This document shows, piece after piece, positions 25,629 through 33,368 of a stretch of DNA of 37,060 nt. Origin of the DNA: a virus (Duplodnaviria > Caudoviricetes); IMG/VR virus record IMGVR_UViG_3300022741_000087, positions 1 to 37,060 of that record; one strand, 5' to 3'. The position numbers were made by a program, and so were the translations under genes. The notes beneath the pieces were generated by a model, which was given only the letters and a program-made list of their open reading frames with translations, did no database searches and was not told the DNA's origin. Position 1 is the first letter of the stretch, and every line of letters starts with the position of its first letter.

Positions 25629-26180
25629 CTACTTCGACGCATCCTCGGCGCACGCTCGGCGCATTCCAACCCGACGAACGGTAGTCATGCGAACGCGCCC
25701 GCAACGGGCCGAGAGGATGGCCAGCACCTGCAGGTGCATGGCTTTCACCCAGTTCCGGTAGGTCCGGTCGGCGCCTTCCGCCAACCCCACCTGGTGCATC
25801 TGCTCACGAACAGTCGCCCCGTGCAGGTACCGGAATCGGGCCAGCTTGGCGAGCACCGCCCCCCGAGCATCGCGCCGCTCCAGTTCGGCCAAGGCCGCAT
25901 CAACCTCTGCCGCCGAGTGGTCAAGCCCGGCACCGGCGAGCAGGATTCGGGATCCAGAGGATCCACCACGCGGGGCAGCACCTTTCCATTCCATGATCGT
26001 GCCCATCTGACTGCCGAGGCAGGAGTCCAATCCAAGCCGTGCGCGCTGGTCCCCCCAATGCTGCAGCAGGTCGGCAACCAGGCGAAGGCGTTCGCCCTGA
26101 TCCAGCAGATCAGCCATTTCGATGCGATGAGAGGCCAGCCTCATCGAGAGGAGGAGCTGCATTTCCTGATCATTGCTCAT
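25629..26180 (-). CDS. Putative late-gene regulator (Q antiterminator-like)
   Basis: LLQHWG N-terminal motif, C-terminal sigma-region-4-like HTH (RFRYL...RTYRNWV); last early gene before holin. Confidence 0.6.
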   Translation of the reverse strand: MSNDQEMQLLLSMRLASHRIEMADLLDQGERLRLVADLLQHWGDQRARLGLDSCLGSQMGTIMEWKGAAPRGGSSGSRILLAGAGLDHSAAEVDAALAELERRDARGAVLAKLARFRYLHGATVREQMHQVGLAEGADRTYRNWVKAMHLQVLAILSARCGRVRMTTVRRVGMRRACAEDASK

Positions 26181-26200
26181 CTCAGCCCCCTGCAATCCAT

Positions 26201-26499
26201 AACCCTACACACATTCAGCCAACCCGACACAAACCCTACACAGGTAAAACCCAGCAAAATCAAAGCCTCCAAGACATCTGTGTAAGGTGTGTAAGGTTGG
26301 TAAGGTTTTTGAGTCCTCGCGTAAGAAAAAAAAGAAGGCGCCCCGCACTGGGTGACGTGAAACATTTTCGTATGCGCGCGTGCGTGCGCGTAAACCTTAC
26401 ACACCTTACACAGACTCCCCCCGACCCAATGAATACGGGGCTTGCAGCTGTGTAAGGTTGGCGATTGAACCCAACACACAGCCAACACACCCAACACAC
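26201..26499. repeat. Direct and inverted short iterons, candidate replication origin
   Basis: About 12 copies of CC(T/C)(T/A/G)ACACA-like units in both orientations around an A/T-rich patch, directly downstream of the primase-helicase. Confidence 0.7.
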
Positions 26500-26511
26500 T
26501 TGCTGGCGTAG

Positions 26512-29265
26512 TCATGCAGCAGCCCCCTTGACGTGGTCCCAACCGTCGACGTTCCAGCCAGCGAGCCTTGCCTTGGCCCGCCAGGCCTCGACGTGCTTCC
26601 CCAGCTCGGCACTCTTACAGGAAGGTGGCAGGAAGGACTGCTCATCGTTCGGAAAGAACCAGGCACTGAACCGCCTGTTGTTACCCTCCGTCCAGGGGAT
26701 CGCTCGCGTCTTCTCGACACCCACCGTCTCGATGAACAGGCTGAACTTCGTCTGGCTCATGGAGTGCTCCTTGAATCGGTGGCACCACTCCAGGAACAGC
26801 GAATAGAGGTCCGATGAAATGCAGGCACCCCACAGCCCGTCGCCGAGCTGGGCTGTCCGCCATAGATGCACGAAGGTCTGCCAGCTGGCCCTGCTCAACG
26901 CGACCAGGCGCTCGCGTGCCGGCGTGCTCGGCGGCTTGGTCTGCATGTCGAAGTCACCAAGGTCCTGAGCCAGCAGCCACCCATACAAGGCCTCGACTCC
27001 ACCATTGAGCAACTCCCCCTTGATCGCGACCTGCCGGTCTGGCGGGAGCTTGTGCTCAGGCCACATCACCAGGAAGCGCCGATCCGCCTCACCGATTGGC
27101 CAGGGCATGATCTCGTTCGAAAGGAACACCGCATTCATGTGGCTGGACTCCTCCCAACCGTTCACGAACTTGCTCTCGATCCGAACCGTCTGCCCAGTGA
27201 TCAACTGCTTGATCTTGCCGACTTGGTTGTACCGCTGGTCTCGGCTCACGACTTCTTCGAACACTGCCCAGAGCTTGCCGCTCTGCCAGGCGTTGAAGTT
27301 ACCCTCCAACTGAGTCTGGCCAACCGTGGCGGAGTAGATGCCATACAGCGTCCCCATCACCACCGAGAACAGCAGGCTCTTGCCTGATCCCTCCATTGTC
27401 GAATGCATCAGGACTGCGGTGTCCATCTTGGCCCCGGAATGCTGCAGCGGATACGCAAGCCAGCAGGTCAGCCAGTGCGCAGAGTCCTGGTCCTCGTTGC
27501 ACAAGAAGTTGATCAGCCATCGCAAGTTCTCGCAGGCCGCATCATCCCGCTTCGGCTCGAGGGGCAGACCCTCGAAGGTGTTGATGTACACCTGTGGGTC
27601 ATGCTTCATGCAGGGGTCGAAGACGATGTGATTCATGTCCACGACACGGCGATCCGGGTTGTTCAGCCAGAGGCTGTAGGCATCGCCGAGCGCCATCTTG
27701 ACGGCGCCTTCGGCAACACGCCGCTTCTTTGCGTAGTCCCACACGTCCTTCGTCCCATCGATGTACACGTACCGGGTCATCATCGGCATGGAGAAGTCGC
27801 CCAGCGCCTTGCCAGCCAAGGCCTGGGTACGCTCGTTGTCCTTCACCCACTCCTCGCTGACCCGCTTCTTGCGCGAAGGGTCCGTGACCGCCTCCCACTC
27901 CTTGAACGCGTCCTTGCCGATATGGGCAACGAAGCCAGCCTTCTTGACTTTCTTGGCAGAGTCGATGTCCCAGACCTGGGTGGTGCCTTCGATCAGGGCA
28001 TAGCGCCGGAGCAAGGCATTCAGGTTGAAACCGCCCCCGCCCCCCCTGTCTTCGGAGGAGCCGGCATCGGTGTCAATCTCATCCTCGGCCGGGCTCGGGG
28101 GCGACGCAGCAGCAGCCTGTGCCTCTTCAGGAGGTGATGGAGGAAGTTCGCCGAGAGGTGGTGGTTCAGGCGGCCTAGGCGCGGAGCGCTTGTGCTCGAT
28201 ACCCAGCAGACGAGCAGCTGCCTTGATCGCCGCGGAATGGTCCCCGTTGTGCTCAAGGATGCAGAACACATCGAAGGCGTCATTCTTGTGTCCGTTGGCC
28301 AAGGGGTCCGAACCGTGGTGCGAATACAGCTTGCCCTCGGTGATTGTGACGCCGGGGTCGCCGCTACTGCTCTGGGGGCACAGCCACTTGTCCCCCATTC
28401 GTTTGTAGCCGTGCCCTTCGATCATTGTTGCGATGTCATGGGCACGGTTGAACTCCGGGATCACCTCCGGGAGATCACGCCCGCCAGGTTGCGCGGCAAG
28501 CCGCGGCTTGGAGGGTGGACGAGGTGTAGGCGAAACGGGCGCCGGCCGCCAAGGGCAGGCAGCCTCAGCCCGGACCTTGAACTCATCCCAGCCTTGCCAG
28601 ATGCCCAACAGCTCAGGGGGCAACTCCACAAAACCCGTGGCATCTGGCGGCCGTCGCCAGAAGTACGGCTTCCCGGTCTGAGGGTGGATCGAGGGAGGTA
28701 GCACGTCTTGGACCAGGCCGCCGCGCAACTCGAACACGGTCACTTTCTTGAAGGGTGCAGCAGCCTGCATCAGGGCGTGTTCGGCAACCCTGTCGCCGGC
28801 GTCACGTGCGGCCTTAACCTGCGCCATGATCCCCTTGAAGATCGACCCATCAGGGTCGACCTTGCTCGGCCACACCAACGCGTGCCTGGTCAGCTCGACC
28901 CCATCGGGAACCCGGAACAACAAGCGGAACCGCGCAGGATTACCTACGACGGTCGGGTAGTCTGCCGCAAGCTGGTCGAGGTCCAGGCCGAGAGCCTCCC
29001 GTAGGGCGATCCTCGACATCTCGACATCATCGACGTCAAGCGAGCAGACACGCGCAGGCCCCAGCACCACCCCAAGATTGTGTGCCGGGTGCTCTCGCCA
29101 GAATGTTTCGGCTTTGTCAGCATCGGTGAAGTAACCACCAGGCTTGTTCCAGGCGTCCCCCTTCGGCGCCTTGTCGCCTGGTGCGATCGGCACCAGGGCA
29201 AGGTTGAAGGTCTCGATGTAGCGCCGCGCCCAATCAGCCGTTGTCGGAGTTGGACGCTCGCTCAT
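26512..29265 (-). CDS. Bifunctional primase-polymerase (AEP) fused to SF3 helicase
   Basis: N-terminal KAP, NLGV, LDVDD, LPPSIHP Prim-Pol motifs; C-terminal EGSGKS Walker A, VFEE Walker B, FLSN, DRRF. Confidence 0.9.
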   Translation of the reverse strand: MSERPTPTTADWARRYIETFNLALVPIAPGDKAPKGDAWNKPGGYFTDADKAETFWREHPAHNLGVVLGPARVCSLDVDDVEMSRIALREALGLDLDQLAADYPTVVGNPARFRLLFRVPDGVELTRHALVWPSKVDPDGSIFKGIMAQVKAARDAGDRVAEHALMQAAAPFKKVTVFELRGGLVQDVLPPSIHPQTGKPYFWRRPPDATGFVELPPELLGIWQGWDEFKVRAEAACPWRPAPVSPTPRPPSKPRLAAQPGGRDLPEVIPEFNRAHDIATMIEGHGYKRMGDKWLCPQSSSGDPGVTITEGKLYSHHGSDPLANGHKNDAFDVFCILEHNGDHSAAIKAAARLLGIEHKRSAPRPPEPPPLGELPPSPPEEAQAAAASPPSPAEDEIDTDAGSSEDRGGGGGFNLNALLRRYALIEGTTQVWDIDSAKKVKKAGFVAHIGKDAFKEWEAVTDPSRKKRVSEEWVKDNERTQALAGKALGDFSMPMMTRYVYIDGTKDVWDYAKKRRVAEGAVKMALGDAYSLWLNNPDRRVVDMNHIVFDPCMKHDPQVYINTFEGLPLEPKRDDAACENLRWLINFLCNEDQDSAHWLTCWLAYPLQHSGAKMDTAVLMHSTMEGSGKSLLFSVVMGTLYGIYSATVGQTQLEGNFNAWQSGKLWAVFEEVVSRDQRYNQVGKIKQLITGQTVRIESKFVNGWEESSHMNAVFLSNEIMPWPIGEADRRFLVMWPEHKLPPDRQVAIKGELLNGGVEALYGWLLAQDLGDFDMQTKPPSTPARERLVALSRASWQTFVHLWRTAQLGDGLWGACISSDLYSLFLEWCHRFKEHSMSQTKFSLFIETVGVEKTRAIPWTEGNNRRFSAWFFPNDEQSFLPPSCKSAELGKHVEAWRAKARLAGWNVDGWDHVKGAAA

Positions 29266-29465
29266 CGACGCCGCTCCCGCAACTGCTGGCAGTCGATACA
29301 GGCGTCACACCCCGGCGCCGCGACTTGCCGATCAAGAGGAATGGGATCCCCACAGTCGTCGCAGAACTGCGCACTCGGCCTGACAGGCCGCAGCGCCCGC
29401 TGCTGGAGGGTCAGGCCGAGATGAAACTCGGTGCGGTCGCTGGCGATGTCAGCCCAGTCAGCCAT
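29262..29465 (-). CDS. TraR/DksA C4 zinc-finger protein
   Basis: MADWADIA, CDDCGDPIP..R....PGC..CIDCQ; GGAGG RBS. Confidence 0.88.
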   Translation of the reverse strand: MADWADIASDRTEFHLGLTLQQRALRPVRPSAQFCDDCGDPIPLDRQVAAPGCDACIDCQQLRERRR

Positions 29466-29946
29466 GAGCACTGTCCTCCATCGCCTTGCGCGCGCCGGCC
29501 ATGATCGCCAGCACTTGCCGGATCACGTCCATGCCCCGCTGCTCCAGCAGCTGGACCTCATGCAGCTCCCACAGGTTGTCCGCCGCCCCGTCATGCATCG
29601 TGCTGACGAACTCACCGGCTTCGTCCAGCAGCTTGCCGACAGCCTTCAGGGCCTCGTTCGTTGCGGGAACTGGCTCGGGGCGGTACCACACGGCACCTGC
29701 AGGCCGGACCAGCGCGTCGAGCAGGCGAGGATCGGCGGTCAGCCGGATCACCTCCTCGAGTTCGTCGGGGTTCAGCCAGCGGCGTTCCTCGTCGAGGTTC
29801 AGTTTCTTCTGGAGAGTGTCCTGCTCAAGGACCATTTCGAAGGCCAGGCGGGTAAAGCCGCCTTGGTAATCACGTCCAGCGCGATAGAGCGCCTGGCGCA
29901 AGGTCAGCACCGGGCCAGCGCCCGGCAAGAGGTCTGTCCTGCTCAT
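29458..29946 (-). CDS. Phage regulatory CII-family protein
   Basis: Position after cro; TLQKKLN HTH-like N-terminus, E.GE helical C-terminus; AAGGAG RBS. Confidence 0.75.
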   Translation of the reverse strand: MSRTDLLPGAGPVLTLRQALYRAGRDYQGGFTRLAFEMVLEQDTLQKKLNLDEERRWLNPDELEEVIRLTADPRLLDALVRPAGAVWYRPEPVPATNEALKAVGKLLDEAGEFVSTMHDGAADNLWELHEVQLLEQRGMDVIRQVLAIMAGARKAMEDSAHG

Positions 29947-29971
29947 AACCGTAAAAACTCCTTTTACGGTG

Positions 29972-30000
29972 TAGCCAGAGGAGCGGGCACGCCCTATCCT
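29972..30000 (+). promoter_or_regulatory. Predicted sigma70 promoter for small RNA (or PRE-like transcript)
   Basis: TAGCCA-17 bp-TATCCT. Confidence 0.5.
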
Positions 30001-30004
30001 ACGA

Positions 30005-30074
30005 CTACGACCGTTGTACATGTGCGTGTGCTCTGTCGTAGCCTGCCTGGGGAGGTGAGAGTCCTCAGGCAGGC
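30005..30074 (+). ncRNA. Candidate two-hairpin antisense RNA
   Basis: Stem CTACGAC/GTCGTAG and 13-bp stem 30041-30074 with loop GGTGAGAG; its one non-Watson-Crick pair is G-U only on the + strand; loops complementary to sites at 31167 and 32126/32160. Confidence 0.55.
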
Positions 30075-30076
30075 AC

Positions 30077-30301
30077 CTATTTATTCGCGTTTCGCAAGTA
30101 TCCCCAATCTATGTCCGGCCTCAGCTCCTCGCAGGTTACGGCACCCGCCGTTTCGCGATCGAGATTGATGGCCAATCCTGCATTGGCTCGGCGATTACCG
30201 TATGCCACCTGTCGAAGCTGGCCTACGGTCGTTTGACACCGCTGGGCTAAGCCATCCAATGACGCCTTGTCTAACTGTTTGATGTACGCGTGCAAGCTCA
30301 T
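30077..30301 (-). CDS. cro: Cro-like HTH regulator (YdaS family)
   Basis: LAQRCQTTVGQLRQVAYG, VTCEELRPDIDW motif; divergent from cI; GGAGG RBS. Confidence 0.88.
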   Translation of the reverse strand: MSLHAYIKQLDKASLDGLAQRCQTTVGQLRQVAYGNRRANAGLAINLDRETAGAVTCEELRPDIDWGYLRNANK

Positions 30302-30323
30302 AAGTGCCTCCGGGTCCACCAAA

Positions 30324-30393
30324 AGACTAGCAGCTGCTAAAGATACAGACAATAGCTGACCGTAATTTACAAAACGCTAATTGCCCATAAGAT
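30324..30393. promoter_or_regulatory. OR switch region with PR, PRM and operators
   Basis: Minus: TTGTCT(30352-30347)-17-TAGTCT(30329-30324); plus: TTTACA(30366)-16-TAAGAT(30388); palindrome TAGCAGCTGCTA 30328-30339 and two degenerate copies. Confidence 0.65.
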
Positions 30394-30399
30394 ACTGAG

Positions 30400-31050
30400 A
30401 TGGATATCAGTCAGCTTCGCGTCGACGCCCTACGGGCGCTGATCGGCGACCTCAAAACCAAAGAGTTCGCCGATCGCTACAACCTAGATGCCTCTTACCT
30501 GTCTCAGCTGCTGAACGGGCACCGTTCGCTGGGCGACAAAGCGGCGAAGAATCTTGAAGATAAGATCGGCCTGCCTGGCGGAACCTTACTGATGCCCGCG
30601 CATGCAGCCCAGGAAGGCTCATCGCTGGAAATCAAGCCGGTAGGAAGCGTTACCATTTCGTTCCGGTGGGCGCATATCCAAGGAATTGCCCAATTGAAAC
30701 AGGATGGCAGCTGGACCGATCTCGCCCCAATGTCCGGATGGGTAGAAACAACCTCAAAGGACCCTAGCGTCTATTCGCTTCGAATCAAGGGTGACGCCCT
30801 AGCTCCGGCGATCCGCAACGGCTGGGTGGTCTGGTGCGAACCTCGGCATGAACTGGTGCCTGGTGAGTATGTAGTAGTGACACTCACAACTGGTGAAAGC
30901 CTGATCAAAGAACTGCTCTATATGAATACCGAAGAAGTCAGCCTCATGTCGGTCAACGGGACCTACAGCCGAATGACACTTCAACGCTGTGAGATCGACA
31001 AAATTCATTACATCGGCGGGATCGTTCCACCTAGTCAAATCAGGTCCTAG
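30400..31050 (+). CDS. cI: CI-type repressor, HTH plus S24-like domain lacking the catalytic Ser
   Basis: FADRYNLDASYLSQLLNG HTH; C-terminal LRIKGDAL...IKEL S24 fold motifs. Confidence 0.9.
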   Translation: MDISQLRVDALRALIGDLKTKEFADRYNLDASYLSQLLNGHRSLGDKAAKNLEDKIGLPGGTLLMPAHAAQEGSSLEIKPVGSVTISFRWAHIQGIAQLKQDGSWTDLAPMSGWVETTSKDPSVYSLRIKGDALAPAIRNGWVVWCEPRHELVPGEYVVVTLTTGESLIKELLYMNTEEVSLMSVNGTYSRMTLQRCEIDKIHYIGGIVPPSQIRS

Positions 31051-31068
31051 CCGACCAAGCCAGAAAAG

Positions 31069-31094
31069 AAACCGCCAGAGAGGCGGTTTTTTTT
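31069..31094 (+). terminator. Intrinsic terminator after cI
   Basis: AAACCGCC-agaga-GGCGGTTT followed by a T run. Confidence 0.85.
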
Positions 31095-31112
31095 GTGGCT
31101 ATGGAAAAACCA

Positions 31113-31153
31113 AAGCAAACGCTATTGCTAAATATTTTAGCCGTTGCTAAATT
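31113..31153 (+). promoter_or_regulatory. OL operators and PL promoter
   Basis: TTGCTA(31125)-17-TAAATT(31148); AAGC-AAAC-GCTA 31113-31124 and TAGC-CGTT-GCTA 31138-31149 match the OR palindrome. Confidence 0.65.
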
Positions 31154-31186
31154 TTATTCGTACCTCCTCTCACCGAGTACGAATGA

Positions 31187-31348
31187 ATGGAAAACACATC
31201 GCGCACGCACACCTGCAAGATCCTCTTGCACCCCACGGCTTGCAACCGGACGGTCGTCAACGCACTCCAGCGCCGCACCGGCATGCTGGTTGTCATCAAC
31301 ACCCGCGGCTACGCACATGCTGTCCCTGCGACCAAGGGGGCAGCATGA
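31187..31348 (+). CDS. Small early protein, 53 aa (not in ORF track)
   Basis: MENTSRTHTCKILLHPTACNRTVVNALQRRTGMLVVINTRGYAHAVPATKGAA*; ATGA coupling to next gene. Confidence 0.65.
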   Translation: MENTSRTHTCKILLHPTACNRTVVNALQRRTGMLVVINTRGYAHAVPATKGAA

Positions 31349-31845
31349 GCGCGTACCAGGTACCGCTGGCCAACGTGATGCGGCTCCAGCGGGTTCTTGA
31401 AAAAGGCGGCACCGCAACCTGCTCGGTTCATCGTGCTGAGGACTGGGACAATGTCACCGTCACCGCCGTGATCGACCAGGACACCGCCAACCTGCAGGTC
31501 GAATTCAAGGCACTGACCCGCACCCTGAAGCTGCAACGAGGGGACTCGGCCAATTGCCTGCACGTCCGGGACTTCATCCAGGATCTTGCCGACGCCCAGG
31601 CGGAAGCCACGACCAAGGCCCTGGCGTTGATGGAGGCACATGCGCAACTCAGCGCAGCGCTGCCCGACGGGCACATCGCTTACCTCACCCCAACCCCCTG
31701 GCCAACCACACCTTTCGCAGCGGTCGTCACTAACAACATCGGAGAGATGTGCGCCGTCGCCAGCGGGGCGAACAAGGACGATCTCGTCGCCAAGGTCCGC
31801 ACCAAGCTCGGCCTAGCCATCCAGGGGCACGGGGAGACGGCATGA
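31345..31845 (+). CDS. Hypothetical early protein
   Basis: AAGGGGG RBS before MSAYQV; ATGA overlaps at both ends. Confidence 0.75.
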   Translation: MSAYQVPLANVMRLQRVLEKGGTATCSVHRAEDWDNVTVTAVIDQDTANLQVEFKALTRTLKLQRGDSANCLHVRDFIQDLADAQAEATTKALALMEAHAQLSAALPDGHIAYLTPTPWPTTPFAAVVTNNIGEMCAVASGANKDDLVAKVRTKLGLAIQGHGETA

Positions 31846-32081
31846 CCAGCACGCTCGACCAACTCCGCCATCAGTGGCCCACGCCCTGCCCGACGATGTC
31901 GGCGATCCGGGAGCATTACTTCCCGCACATCCGCACGGACCGCCGCTTTCGGGAACTGGTTCGTGACGGCGACATCAAGCTCAAGCTGACCAAGTTGCAC
32001 AACTCGGCGAGAGCGCAGCACGTCGTGCATCTCAACGATCTCGCTGCCTACCTGGACGCGCAGGCAGCACAAACGGCATAG
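31842..32081 (+). CDS. Pyocin activator PrtN-family protein
   Basis: REHYFPHI, I.L, S.RA..VVHLNDLAAYLD motif; GGAG RBS. Confidence 0.8.
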   Translation: MTSTLDQLRHQWPTPCPTMSAIREHYFPHIRTDRRFRELVRDGDIKLKLTKLHNSARAQHVVHLNDLAAYLDAQAAQTA

Positions 32082-32170
32082 CAATAAGGCGACCCCGGCC
32101 ACCAGGGGCACCCCGTCGCTACCGGCTCTCACCCAACCCCGGTAGCGGCATTCCATTTGGAGCACAGCAC

Positions 32171-32686
32171 ATGCAAGCACAGCACTACACGCTCGCGGCC
32201 GGGATCGCGCTGATCTTGACCTTGGTGGTCGCAAACTACCTGTTCGCCCGAACTCGCGCGCGAGCCTATGAGCATGGCCGGGCCGACGGCGTTGCGGAAG
32301 GCCTGGGACAGCGAGACGCGATGGCATGGAAGCGCCTGCAGGATCAGGATCGGGCGCTGGAACAACGCGCTATCGACCGGGAAAAGGAGCAACGCCAGTT
32401 CCTGCAGGCGAAGGCGGCAATGCAAGGGACGATCGACGAGCTGTCGGCCCGAGTGATGGCCTACACAGGACTGGCCGTGACACCTCAGGACCACCAGCTA
32501 CTGACGGAGACCGCCGCGACGCTCGACCTCGCACACCGGACGTTCAAGGCCATCAAGGGCACGGAGGTGTGGCAGGAGCGAACCCTGAACGAGGCCCAGG
32601 GCTTGCGAAAGCTCGCTGAGCTGGTTCACGCAGAGATCCGTCAGCAGACTCCAGCCAGCAGCGCTCAGCCGGAGGTTGCAGCATGA
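32171..32686 (+). CDS. Hypothetical protein with N-terminal TM helix and coiled coil
   Basis: LAAGIALILTLVVANYLF then Q/E/R-rich helix; GGAG RBS. Confidence 0.75.
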   Translation: MQAQHYTLAAGIALILTLVVANYLFARTRARAYEHGRADGVAEGLGQRDAMAWKRLQDQDRALEQRAIDREKEQRQFLQAKAAMQGTIDELSARVMAYTGLAVTPQDHQLLTETAATLDLAHRTFKAIKGTEVWQERTLNEAQGLRKLAELVHAEIRQQTPASSAQPEVAA

Positions 32687-33234
32687 TCAACGCAACCCAC
32701 TACGTACTTGACCTAGAGACAATGGGCAAAGGTCCGCGCGCCGCTATCGTGGCAATTGCGTGTGTACGCATCCAGCAAGGCACCATCACCGACAGCCTCT
32801 ATAAGCGTGTATGCCTGGAGTCTTCGCTGCAGGCCGGCCTGGCTATGGACGCCAGCACAGTGAATTGGTGGCTGAAACAGGATGCCGCCGCCCGCGCAGA
32901 GGTGGACGGCAGCCAGAGTTCAGTGCTGCTCGCAGTGGGCATGACTGCACTGGAGAGCTTCATTACAGAAGACAAAGCTCTGGTGTGGGGCAACGGCAGC
33001 AGCTTTGACAACGTCATCGTGCGCAGCGCCCTTGAAGCTTGCGGCATGGGCAATCTTTGGCACTTCTGGAACGACCGCGACCTCCGCACCTTGCTGGCTC
33101 TCTACCCCGAAGCCAAGACGCTTCCGTTCGAGGGCACCAAGCACCACGCCCTTGACGACGCCCTCCATGAGGCCAAGCAACTGGTTATGGCGATGAATTT
33201 TCACCAAACCCTGCAGGTGGGAGGAATCGTATGA
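32683..33234 (+). CDS. 3'-5' exonuclease, DEDDh family
   Basis: LDLETMG, WGNGSSFD, RDLRT, HHALDDA motifs. Confidence 0.88.
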   Translation: MINATHYVLDLETMGKGPRAAIVAIACVRIQQGTITDSLYKRVCLESSLQAGLAMDASTVNWWLKQDAAARAEVDGSQSSVLLAVGMTALESFITEDKALVWGNGSSFDNVIVRSALEACGMGNLWHFWNDRDLRTLLALYPEAKTLPFEGTKHHALDDALHEAKQLVMAMNFHQTLQVGGIV

Positions 33235-33368
33235 ACCAGGCCCACCCACCATCCGGCGTCCTTTTCGTTTCAGCGCCCTGCGTAGTCGTCAAGGCCGCCA
33301 TCGCACCGGGCTCGGCCGGCCAGCACGCGTCATGGGCAATCAAGAACAGCCAGAGGACTACGGTATGA
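33231..33368 (+). CDS. Small hypothetical ORF, 45 aa (not in ORF track)
   Basis: GGAGGA RBS, ATGA overlap at both ends. Confidence 0.45.
   Translation: MNQAHPPSGVLFVSAPCVVVKAAIAPGSAGQHASWAIKNSQRTTV

Noticed and set aside
26177-26542. Cys/Val-rich ORFs across the iteron region
   Set aside because: Translation merely reflects the TGTGTAAGG repeats; better explained as non-coding origin
31144-31344. N-terminal extension of the 233-aa ORF in the track
   Set aside because: Overlaps the operator/promoter and the 53-aa gene; RBS and ATGA coupling support a start at 31345
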